64,000 bases of DNA, taken from Lingula anatina. Its lineage: Eukaryota > Animalia > Brachiopoda. Numbering within the stretch: the first letter of the stretch is position 1; every line of letters starts with the position of its first letter. A program made the position numbers and the translations under genes. The DNA lies in the NCBI GenBank assembly GCA_051362555.1, contig CM120648.1:13450587-13514586 (forward strand), read 5' to 3'. A model generated the notes under the pieces. The model did not search any database and had not been told where the DNA came from. It saw only the letters and a list, made by a program, of their open reading frames with translations. Below, piece after piece: positions 49,874 to 61,464 of this stretch.

Positions 49874-51100
49874 TTAAGCAGATGGTGGTTTGCTCTCCCG
49901 GCTTTGGCCCCTTTTTCTCTCTGCATTTCTTTTGCATTCCGCCATATTGCGAGCAGCTGGCCCACTCTTGTTTGGTTTTTGGTGGCAACACAACGACTTT
50001 AAAGTGCTTCTGAATTTTTCCCCGAAAAGGCCGTAAATGAAGAAATTTACACAGGAGCTAAGTGTACAGAACAAAACCATAACTGGGTATACATACACCA
50101 TGCCTCGCATTTCGCCAATGCGCTGGTTCCCAAAGAGTCCAAAGAGACAAGACAGAGAGACTGTTAAGGAGGCAGACAATGTAGTTAGGGCGATGACCAA
50201 AGTCATTTTGATCAAAGTGCGATGAACACCCAACTTGTGCATGGCAATCATAGTTGGATTCTTGGCAAGACCCCTCATGTAGTGAGTCATCTTGGCATTC
50301 AGAACCAAGATGATAATGAAAGGAGCCAAAAAGTGCACGAAAACGTAAGAAAAAACAGTATACGCTTTGTGGTATTCTGAAACCGGTAATGGGGCGCCTA
50401 GACAAAAAACGGGGGACGTTGTGTTCAGGGGGCAAGGACGCTCAGGCAGGGATCCAAAGAAATATCGCGGGACATTGTTGAGAAAAGCAAAAATCACGAT
50501 GCAGCCAACCCTAAACGCCCAAACCTTGATGGGTGCGGTTGGTCCACTCCTAAGGGCGTTGTCTGAACAAAGGTGCATATAGCGATCGAACGTTACGAGC
50601 ACTACTAGCCAGGGTGGTATCAAGAAGATGGAATATTTCAACCCCCACAGAAGCCGGGAGTGCTTCATCAGGGTAAAGAAGTAGTTTTTGAACCACCCAG
50701 TATAAGGGTACATGGCTTGGATGCTGAAGTTTAAGAGTGTCGACAAAAGATGGATGTTATCGGCCACTGCTAAGCATATCAAAAGGAACGAAGTCGAGTT
50801 CCGTTTTTCGAAACGTGAAAATACAGCCATAGAGAGAAAATTCAGAATAAGGCCAACCACAACAACGAGAGAAATCCCAACGCCACCAACAGCGAAATAC
50901 AACAGATTGATGAAGGCCAAGTCGGGAACGTCCTCTTCATTCTCATCTCCTTCAAAAAATGAGCTACCATTGACAGACATCTCAGTCGTATTCATGGCTT
51001 TTACAAGTTGAACAGGATTGAAGAGCTGAGGAAGGCGTCGCAAATTAAAGTCGTTCGCAAGCTGGAGAAGTCTGAATACATGTCTTGCTGGAGAATGCAT
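49874..51100 (-). CDS. Intronless class A (rhodopsin-like) GPCR, FMRFamide-receptor-like/orphan peptide or chemoreceptor group; likely start at Met36 (50995)
   Basis: 408-aa ORF with 7 hydrophobic segments. Motifs: TM1 GLILN, TM2 LAVAD, TM3 FDRY, TM5 FLAPF, TM7 SCVNFFIY, helix 8 FR with following CC. N-glycosylation sequons NTT and NGS follow MNTTEM, which has a gccATG context. Confidence 0.93.
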   Translation of the reverse strand: MHSPARHVFRLLQLANDFNLRRLPQLFNPVQLVKAMNTTEMSVNGSSFFEGDENEEDVPDLAFINLLYFAVGGVGISLVVVVGLILNFLSMAVFSRFEKRNSTSFLLICLAVADNIHLLSTLLNFSIQAMYPYTGWFKNYFFTLMKHSRLLWGLKYSIFLIPPWLVVLVTFDRYMHLCSDNALRSGPTAPIKVWAFRVGCIVIFAFLNNVPRYFFGSLPERPCPLNTTSPVFCLGAPLPVSEYHKAYTVFSYVFVHFLAPFIIILVLNAKMTHYMRGLAKNPTMIAMHKLGVHRTLIKMTLVIALTTLSASLTVSLSCLFGLFGNQRIGEMRGMVYVYPVMVLFCTLSSCVNFFIYGLFGEKFRSTLKSLCCHQKPNKSGPAARNMAECKRNAERKRGQSRESKPPSA

Positions 51101-51650
51101 TTATACAGTGTATTTAGGTAACTGGCAAATAACGTCGTACACTTCAACTTGACCAATTGGGTTGGTGCGAAGTTAATCCGTAACTTCAATGACGACTGAA
51201 ATTCATTAAGACGTCACTCAAGTGTTGCACGTGTAAATCATGCAAGCATACGCCTACTGATACGGTGATACCCCTACATAATTTCCCCACATCTTTCGAT
51301 GTTTGTCTTGTAAATGGAACCTTGCAACAATTTTCTACCTTTATAGAATTATCATTATAACTTAACAACATATGGTTCAAATAATGTCAAGAATTAATCT
51401 TATGATTCTCCGAAAGCCGTCTTATTTTCGCATTGAACTTTTTAACCTGAAAATTACACTAACTGGAAGAAAACTTTACTCTCTCAGCTCGTGGCTGCTG
51501 TTTATAGTGACAGTCATTCATGGATAAGTCAGCATGGCGTTTTTGGATTTGGAAAAGCGACTTCAGTAAAGTTCTTTCAGTAAAGTTGAAGGTAGCGGGT
51601 TGGGGCATGATGCCGTTTTCAGTGTCAGCTATAAGAATGTTATTCAGCAT

Positions 51651-54360
51651 ATTTTCTCTACAGGATTTTTCAAAATAAAAAATGAAACTCCTCAAGCATA
51701 CAAAATGACCAAATATTGCACTGCACTCTCTGCTATCTATATAATTACTGAATATGTATGCACGCGTCCATAACACCAAATACCTTCAACTCCCAAAAGT
51801 TTGCTTTTAGTTACCATACATAACCTCTTGCCGATAAAACCCGTCTTCCATTTTAAATTATCAGATCCACTTCATATTGTATTGTGTTATACATACCTAG
51901 AGATGCAATGGCGCTTTACTCGGTTTTAGGGGGGGGGGGGGGGGGGGGGTTCGGTGAGATTCGAGTGCGTTCTCCCGGTATGTATGTCAAATAATACATT
52001 ACAACCTTCTCGCGACAAATGCCTTGAACGTCTTATCTGATACTCAAAGTGGTCTTGCCAATATCACTTGGGTGCATTATCTCACGTAAGCTTTCAAGGG
52101 GTATTATACAAATCACCAGTCATGAAGATAGTTAATTACAACCCGTCTGCTCAATTTTGCCACTTCTCGCGTCCAGTTGTTCTTAGTCTTCTATCATTAC
52201 AATTTCACAACAGAAATAATGGCTAAGTTATAATTTGACGTAATGATGACTAATAACATGGCGTAAAAAAATTACTTTTCCGAGAGGTAAATCAGTCAGT
52301 AATCCACCTAAATTGGGAAATGGGCTTATTTTGACAAAAAGAAATGCATTCCGTCTGAGTAAGATTGATAGTTTTTTTTAATTTATCTATATTTTCTAGT
52401 AAATTTATAGCCGATTTGTCCTTGATTGAAGTAAACCAATAAAAAAATTGATCTTCTCATAATATTTGTGATACGTGAATTGTGACCCGGTGTCTCCTGA
52501 ATGTTCTTGTTCTATGTTCGAAACGAAAAGATCAAGCAAGAGTAATCAAAACAGGGCAGGCAGAGTGCAAGATACTGCCTTATGTTAACCCCAAACAGTT
52601 TAAAACAATCGTTGTGATTATTGTTATCTATACTTTATCAGTGGTTCAGTTTCAAACTCCCTGGCTCGAGGATCATTACAGATCGAAATATTTGTGGCTG
52701 AGTCGGAAAAAAGGTGTCACATATATCCGCCACTGTTAACACTCTTTGTCAGTTAAGACATTACATGTAGTCCATGCAATCTATGGTTTGAGGTCAAAGT
52801 AATTGCAACAGTTTTTATTTTACCGCAGTGCTTTTGTTTGATGTCCCCAAAATGACATACTAAAAGTCTTAAGGAATCATAGCAAGGGAAATATGAAAAA
52901 ATCCAAGATGGCCGCCAATGCCATTGTTATATATATGGGTATCAACTTCAACTAGGCCAAAAAGTGGCCATTTTCAAATTTAAATTGCTTCTCAGCGTTT
53001 TCCATATCTTCAATACCCTTTAAATATGTATATGTTCGCAAATAATGTGTATCCTCAGACAATCTGAGTAAATCCAAGATGGCTGCCATTTCCTATAGAA
53101 ATTTATGGGCTTCAACTACATAAATATATGCTTGTGGGAAATGGTGTTCATCATGAAATAAAGTTTGGTTCACATTGTTTTCCACATGTTATTAGACCTT
53201 TAATATGAATCTAGTTGATATCAAGCGCGTTTCTTTGGTTTATTTGTAAAATTTCAACATGGCCGCCATTTACCATATAATTACATTGGAATTAACTACT
53301 GCCAGGAAATTATTGCCCGATCATCGAGAACGGTTGAATCGGTGCCGACCAGCTGTGGCCCCCTCACAAACACTCTCCACTCAGATAGGAGCTGCCTTTG
53401 ATAGCAGACAATAAATATCTTTGGCAGTAGCAAAATCCGTGTAATCTAATGGTTAATGGCGGCCATTTTGGATTTTTTCAAAAATCCTCTTGAAACATGC
53501 TTATTTCCCGACAGATATATTTTAAGGTGTAATAAAGGAGAGGAAATCACTGAGAAACAAACTTAATTTGACAATGGACACTGTGTTTACTTGACAGTAG
53601 TAAGCACCTATGTCTAATGGCAAATTGCGGCCATCTTGGTTTTCTCAAAATACCCAAGGTTACACACTGTTATCCACTTGTTACCCACCAGATATACATC
53701 AAAATGGTAATAAGAGTTTGGAAAACACTTTGAAATAAACTTTATTTGATAATGAACATTATCCCTCAAGTTTAAGTTTAAATCCATAAATTTCTATAGA
53801 AATCGGCAGTCATCTTGGATTTTCTCAAAGTGCTGAGGGAAACACAACTGTAAGCTTTCATAGATATATTATAGGGGTATTGAAGATATAGAAAACACTG
53901 ATTAACAATCTTAATTTGATTATGGGCACTTTATCTCCCTGCTTGTAGTTGATACCCATGCTGTCCATACATCCTATGGCATTGGCGCCCATCTTGTTTT
54001 TGTTTTTTTGTTTTTTTTTTTTCATATTTCCCATACTAGGATTCCTTAGAACTTTTAGTATGTCATTTTGGGGACTTCAAAGGAAAGCATTGTGGTAAAA
54101 TAAAAACTGTTGCAATTACTTTGAGGTTTGACCCTAAAATGGCTTAGATTGCCTGGACTAATGTAACTTTAGTTCTTGAAATAGGTTCTTTGGTAAAGAT
54201 GCCAGATAATTGGTTCGTGACAAAAGAATATTTGCGGTCTTAATACATTTCCAAGAAGAAATGGCATCGAAGGTGAAGGAATGGGCGTAATCCCCCATGA
54301 TTACGTGTGACTGGAATGGAAAACAAATGGAAAAAAAGATTAAGGGAAATGCTGGTGGTG

Positions 54361-54396
<36 letters not shown>

Positions 54397-55160
54397 CTAG
54401 AAGAAGAAGAAGATGATAAAAAACAAACAAACAAACAAACAAATAAATAAATAAATATCACGGAATTACGATCGAAGAATGCCCCTAATATATTTCCGTT
54501 TAATACTTGCCAAAAGAAAAGAGTTAAAACTATTGCATCGATTAACCTACACTATTTCTCCCAATAACGAATAATTCACATAAGACATGTTTTATTATTG
54601 TACACTTGGACATAATAACGATATGTCCAAGTTGTACACAACGCAGAGGCAGGGGCGGTTCCAGGACTATTTGAAAGGGGGGAGGGGGGATCGACCCCCC
54701 CCCCTCCCCCCCCCCACTTGGTGTGGGGTTCAGGGCCCGCTGAAGGGCTTCGAAAATTTTATGGTATTTTAGAGGGCGAACGGTGCCATTTGGTACGGTT
54801 TAGAACTATGATACAACTAGTCAAATTTCTTATTTTAAGACGGGTATATTGGTGTTTTCATTTGGAAATCGAAGGGGATCACGACCCCCCTGACACCCTC
54901 CTTCTTTCAGTGGCAGCTATGAAAACGTTATACAGTATATTTTCTCTGAAGGAAATTTTTAATTATAACATACAGCAGCATACAAAATGGTCAATATTAC
55001 ACCTTCTGCCGCGACATAATTACTGGATTGTATGCACACGTCCATAACACCAACTACCTTCAACTCCCAAAAATTCGCTTTTAGTTCTCATACATAAGCT
55101 GTAGATGATAAAACGTGACTTTCATTTGAAAGTATTGTGGTATACATTCGTAGAGATGTT
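51651..55160 (+). repeat. Diverged ~230-bp duplication upstream of the GPCR (51651-51905 and 54939-55160)
   Basis: Shared gcatacaaaatg...ataattactg..tgtatgcac.cgtccataacaccaa.taccttcaactcccaaaa.tt.gcttttagtt..catacataa. Confidence 0.8.
52768..54160. mobile_element. Non-autonomous Academ-type element
   Basis: ATG target duplication, termini TAGTCCATGCAATCTA / TAGATTGCCTGGACTA, and ~150-bp TIRs. Internal ~175-bp repeats carrying CCAAGATGGC(C/T)GCC point inward from both arms (3 left, 4 right). Confidence 0.88.
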
Positions 55161-55827
55161 ATTTGACTGTGGCTAAGGGTCAAAGAATTTACAATGAACT
55201 ACTGTATACGTATATCTTCATTTTCTCAACAGTTTTGGATACGTCTTGGCGTTAAGGAGAAAATTTCAAGGGCATATTTTTGGAAAGAACGTCAGACGCA
55301 CATTATAAACATTCCTTAATAATAATCTCACATGTGATATAACTTTTGATGCCATTAAAATGAGAAATAAGATATTTGTCTAAAGAATAATTATCTTTAT
55401 GAGGAAACAAAAGACTTTGTGAGAAAAATGATACCTTTTCATAAAATAAACATGTCTGATGTAAATGAAAACTCGTCTTCTATCTCCGCACGCAAAATGT
55501 CATGTCATGTAAGACGACCCATGACTTCAGGAAATTTATATCATTTGTGATAGACCAACATAGTCAGGGTTATTTTCAGAGACCAGCACAAATGGTCAAG
55601 GACGGTCGAAAGGCAACCGTAGTCCGTTCCCCATTACGTTGTACAGGTGACATAAGTCCTATACACTAACCATGTAATAAGTACTACGTCTAACCTGTAG
55701 GCCTACTAATTATGTGGGACCCTGGACTTCCATTCCTAGGACTACCATTCCTATCACACCGGCATGTCAACGCTTCTAGCAATATTATTTATTATTAATA
55801 TTTCAATTGTAATTAGCGGTATTGTTA

Positions 55828-56080
55828 TTATCAACTCCGCCAAGGAGGCTTTGTTTTTGGCTCCATTTGCCTCTCTGTCTGTCTGTCTGTCTGTCTCTGT
55901 CTGTCTGTCTGTCTGTCACAACATTATGCAAAACGTTAGGGAGGGATTTTGGTGAAACTTTCAAGAGAGGTCAGAAACCAATTAGTTAATGGGTAATTAA
56001 ATAGGCCCTACTTTATAATAAATTTATAATAACATTTGACCTACCTTTGCAGTGATTTGAGAACATTGAATACTTTTCTT
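55828..56080 (+). mobile_element. HINE/DINE-1-like element with (TGTC)n
   Basis: 5' actccgccaaggaggc hairpin, (tgtc)n, gattttggtgaaacttt core, and 3' ctttgcagtgatttgagaacattgaatacttttct. Confidence 0.6.
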
Positions 56081-58603
56081 ATTTATTATCATTATAAAAA
56101 ACGGATTTCCATTAATATTTGGAACAATTATTTCAAAGTTGTTGTTTCAACTAGATACCTGGTAATCTACGCCGGTTGCCTTTTTCACATAAATCGCAAG
56201 TCACCCACAGAAACTAACTGGACAGAAAAGTTTCCTCAGCGACATTAGAAATTTCTTGGAGTTAATTTAAAATTCACAGTGCACCTGTGATCTCAGCATG
56301 CACTGCCCTTGGCCATATCTAATGCTTCTAGATTATACTATAGCCTACTATAGGCCAACTGAGTGAAAATAATCCAAAACAAAATTTCACACTAGACGCA
56401 GCAAAGGATGCCATGAATTAGCCAGAGACATATTTATGAACATCTGGTAAAAATCCTTTTGTGACCCGGGTAGATTGTTTGGATTAACAAAGGGTATCAC
56501 TGTATCTCAAAGCCAACTTAATATTGGACAGCGACTACGTACATTTGTAAGTCGGCTTAACGATAATTATCTGATATCGCTTGACGCGTGATCGATCCGG
56601 GATAATTGTAGCTGATGCAAATTATACAGCGTATTGCAATTACGATTTTTGCTAAAGGGAATTCGTTAAAAGACAAGAAAAAACAAAACACTAGCGACAG
56701 TTTCTTGTAAAACAAGCAAAATTACCGTCGATTTACAAACATGGAATATACACTACACTTTAAGCAAGCATCTTATTCTTTCCCAAAACCCCATTTTCCA
56801 TGAAACTTACAGTTATCGAATACTTCCACCATGGCCTCAGGTGATTCACAGCGGTCTATTTACATTTCCACTGAAGTGTTCATAACTATCTTTTAGTTTT
56901 AATACTTGAAACTATTTTTGTGTTTAGTCAGATGGATTGATTTTACCCTTGATTTTGAAATAAAGTATACTCAGCTCCAAAACGAGCTATGGTAAAACAC
57001 CCCATTTTCGAAACGGACTTCCTTCTTATCCATCGTCCATTGTTTTGCCTAGATCTCAATATCTATGATCTAATGGAAACTTTAACTGTCTCTTGTTGCT
57101 CCATCACATTTCTCCTTATTGATAAATTTGAACTGGAATTTTTGGTTTATTGTTAGGCCCTGTTGAGACATTCAAATCTAATAATTATAAATTATTTCAT
57201 TTGTAACTAAAATAGTTTAATTGTACCAAAATAAGTTATATAAATCAATGCAATACTTCAATGCATAGGAAATCCTCACATCCGTATTTTCAGTAATGCT
57301 GTAGGAAAATCTTCGTATACATTTGTAGATCTATAGAATGCCTTTGCTTGTTCAGTGTCTCGTGTAGTATCTCTGATCACAGCTCATACTCATTTTTCTT
57401 GGAAATGAAACTTTCAGGTTTAAGCTTCTTAAAGCTCAATTAAGTCATCTAGACCTTATAGATATTTTCCAGTGCTTTATGCAAGTGCAAATGCAAGAAG
57501 CAAACTACAAAATGCATTACAGTAAAAAGTATTAATTATTGGCGTTTTATTTTTTCATTGTTCTGATAGGACATATGTTATTTATTTATATAACTTTTTT
57601 TAAAAGCATTTGCTGTTCCTTTATAGGTGTTTATTTCTTTTCAAATTTAATTTTGTTATTCAGATTATATTTAGATTTAAGTGACTCTATTCACTGGAAC
57701 TTTGCCATTGTGTTCAGTGTTCAGTCCATGATTTTTACATCCTTCTATAGATCCTAGATCTACCAAATTTCATACGTTTCGATTTTTTCATTGTTGTTTT
57801 TGTTAGTGATACGCACTGTCTATATATATCCCATTCTTGCGTAATGCTGCAACTAGCCGTACACGCGTGATAACGTAACGTCTGTTCTTCTCGGAGAATT
57901 ATGGTAGCATGGTGCAGGTGATTCTGCAAATTTTGATCTTGTATTGGAAGAGCGAGAAGAGCCAGAGCAGAGGCGTTTTGCAACAGTTGTAATAAGATAC
58001 ATTAATAAACTAATAGAAAACTAAACATGAAACAGAATACGGAGACGACGCTGCGCATATTTTTAGCATACATTGATATAAGGGAGCAGCAATACATGTA
58101 AAAATATCCCTCCCAGTTAACTTGACAGTATACTATTAGATTAAAATTGCATGTTGAAGCAAGAAATAAAAACGTTGAAATTTACGACGCTGGTCTCCAT
58201 TAAAAAAATTGAATCGTCTTGGTATAGGGGAGAGTGAGGGGGTTAAATCGTTCCACCGCCGGCCCTGGAGCCCCTTTCACGAAGCTCTTGTTAGTGATCG
58301 ATCGTTAACCTAACTGTCAGCAGGATGCTGGCCTCCACAGGGCGGTTAGATTGGTAGACTAAAACAATCCCATACTTATACATGCACATTTATTTATCAG
58401 GGAAAATGTCTCTTGTATTACATAATGAAATTGCAGTTTCTTCGCACAATAAGCACAGGCTAGTCTCTCTGTCTGGGTGAGACGTTTTTTTAGACACTGG
58501 AGTATTGAAGAGCAAATAACTGAGTTTTAGCTGTTGTTCAAGGGAAACTATAACTGTAAGTCCAGAGCTCTATTCATATCGTGTCAAGCGTGTGGATTCC
58601 AGT

Positions 58604-58646
<43 letters not shown>

Positions 58647-58970
58647 TACACCACGTATACTCTTTTAATCACTTTGGGGTTTTTATGGGGCAGCAAGTTT
58701 TTAGGATAATCATAATCATAGTCATGATGTGGGATGAGTGGGATCCTAATTTCAGTGCCAGTGACAAGAGTAGTCATGCATTTTGGGTGTTGTACAGCTA
58801 TTTAATCACCCTGAGTTTCAAGACCATAGAAATATGTAATTATTAAAACATACCTGCCATATCCAGGATATTGGAGGTCAGTTTCAGGTCACTTCTGAAA
58901 ACCAGGGTGGTATTTAATGGATGCATTCCCAATAGAGCAACGTGATTTTGAAAAAGTCTTTTCTGTATCT

Positions 58971-59113
58971 TCAGAGATGTAAGAGGGCTGGTGATTAGAG
59001 ATGTAAGAGGGCTGGTGATTAGAGATGTAAGAGGGCTGGTGTTCAGAGATGTAAGAGGGCTGGTGATTAGAGATGTAAGAGGGCTGGTGTTCAGAGATGT
59101 AAGAGGGCTGGTG
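58971..59113. repeat. 24-bp minisatellite, ~6 copies
   Basis: agagatgtaagagggctggtg(att/ttc). Confidence 0.96.
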
Positions 59114-59373
59114 TGGGGGGTGGGGATGGGTTTGGGGTGGGATGCAAGCCTTCTATACACGAAAGGTCCTTAGTACCTCATGTGTCATATTTATAGACGT
59201 TGGTTGTAGAAAAAGTATAAGCCTCCTTCTGGACCGGGAGAAAAGAAAAGGTTTATTCTTTATTAAGATAACACAGAAAATTTCTTTTTTATATTTATCT
59301 CGGGACAACCCCCCCCCCCCCCCAATGCACGCCTACCCCCCCCCCCCAACCCACCAGTGCGCGCGCGGGCGCG

Positions 59374-59412
<39 letters not shown>

Positions 59413-59802
59413 ACACGTGTTTTACTGGTTAAGCGCACAAAGTGGACGTTCAAAATGAATGGAATCAGATTAATAGACTAATAACACACCGCCTATTCTC
59501 CTGGCGTTGAGAAGCTGGTGTTTAAACGAATCTCATAACTTAGCGTTCTAAAAGAAAATATAAGGTCATTAAGACCAAACGAATGACACAAGCTCCGCTT
59601 TTCCTGTAATATGCAACGATGGGATGGGTGAATTGCATGGTGTGGACTCGTTATCCCCACACTTTTGTGACAAACCCCGGGGATCACTCCGTCCTGCACG
59701 CCCGTGAGTCTCTGCGTTAGTAATTTCTGTGGAGTCCAGTCGCGGATTTAGGGGGGGAGGGGCGGTCAGCGGGGGTATTAATAGTATTAATTTTTTCAAA
59801 TA

Positions 59803-61464
59803 CAGACTTGACATTTAATATGGAATATTTTTTTCGAAATAATTTTTTATCAGTTTTTTCCTATTTTGCTGACTGATAAATGAAAATAAGGATTAAAATC
59901 GTGTTTTAATAACTTTAAATTATCTCTTTGATGTCATTGTGACATCAGTTCATTAATGGAATTCGCCAGAGAAGCAAACAAAAACACATTGCCAATTCTA
60001 TGTCATACAACTCCCATTAAAAGAGAGATTTTGGATCTCCATATTTTCCAAATTATCGTCTGTAAAAGGGTAATACGCTCCACAAAAGACCCTCATGTCA
60101 GTTGCTAGTCACAGTAATGGTCGTTGTTACGCCTGGCCTCTTCGAGGCTGTTGCCAGGGCTCTCAAGCGGCAAGGCATTTCTTGGGGGTAGGTTTTTAGA
60201 GTTCAATCTGGATTAGCATTCCAGGCATCGGTCTAAAATTGTCCAATCTGGTCCAGTTTTGTTGTAGGACATGTAGGCAGTTGATTGGTGAGTAATGGTC
60301 TACCGAAATATTGTCTATGTGGTTCAAATGTGGCGATTTTGATGACCAGGGTAGCTGCTCATTCCCTTGGTTCTGTAAGTTATCTGCTATTAAAAGTGCT
60401 CTGTGTGAACCTGCAACCTCATCGTGCAACCTAAAATTGTTCCTAAGGTGCCCCCTATCAAATGATAGTCAAGTGGTTTCGAGATTATTCCTTTACTTAA
60501 TCTGGTTCAGGTTTTCGTCAATGACTACCGTTGGTGTTTTGGCACCAATATGGAATCTACTCCAAATACTGACGCTGTCAATCACCCTTGTCACTTTAGA
60601 CCCGGCATATGCTTCGTCGTAGGCCTCCTCTGGATATCTGTAAACTCTCTTTTGACTAATTGGGCGGTACAGGTGAAATCTGACCTCAATAAAGAAAGCC
60701 ACGCAGTTTCAGTGTTCTACCCAGAATCGTTCATGGCCCCCAATTCATTGGGGAAACAGACGACGATGTTTTGCTGTATACAGTGGGTACCTCGGAGGTC
60801 ATTTGGTGTTCTTACCTGCTAAAACCAGTTTGGTGTTCGCTAAGGACTTTGAAAAACGCATTTTAGTGGCAATTTACCCCTCGTTCTGAACGGACTAAGT
60901 GTTTTTTGTTTAGCTGCACCAGCGTATCCCGAAAGACAGTGGGTCCTGTACCCTGTAGGTAAAATTTTGATACATTGGGGGTGACCTCTGTGTAGGTACA
61001 TCAGTCTGGGCATTACTCTATAAAACTGTGGGGACCGTTCCGTTTGGCGCTATGATCTGTCTGGTTATGTCTGTCTTTTTCGCGCCATTCTGCCTTAGAT
61101 TAACAAATTTGTAATGCACTACTTGACTCATCTTACGCACTGCAAAACTGACCGCTTGCATGCAAAATTTCAAATTCTTCTATGCAGTAGTTGCCGAAAT
61201 ATGGATACTTTTTTGACAGCCCCAAGCTTTGCCTAAGCCAATCTTTGATCAGCCCAAAGGAACACTACCCAATTAAATCACTGCAAATTACATAATGTAG
61301 CAGCGCAACAGGCATGAAAGTCAGTTAATTGGTAGTGACACACCTGAGTGCACACTTTTACATTCACAAATCTTATATGAGATCGGAGTTTTTTGAAAAA
61401 AGAACGTATTTTTATCTAGGTATACCTTCGAAACTAAAATATTCCATATTAAATGTCAAGTCTG
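59803..61464 (-). mobile_element. Full-length decayed Tc1 transposon (~1.66 kb)
   Basis: TA|CAGACTTGACATTTAATATGGAATATTTT ... AAAATATTCCATATTAAATGTCAAGTCTG|TA. Broken transposase: F.EVRFHLYR...RVYR.P.E.Y, SV.IW..F.IGAKTP.VVIDENLN, H.A..I...LQ.QG.E.LPWSSKSPHLNHIDN. Confidence 0.92.

Noticed and set aside
58843-59173. ORFs with TSPLTSLI or RDVRGLV repeats
   Set aside because: These are translation artefacts of a 24-bp minisatellite.
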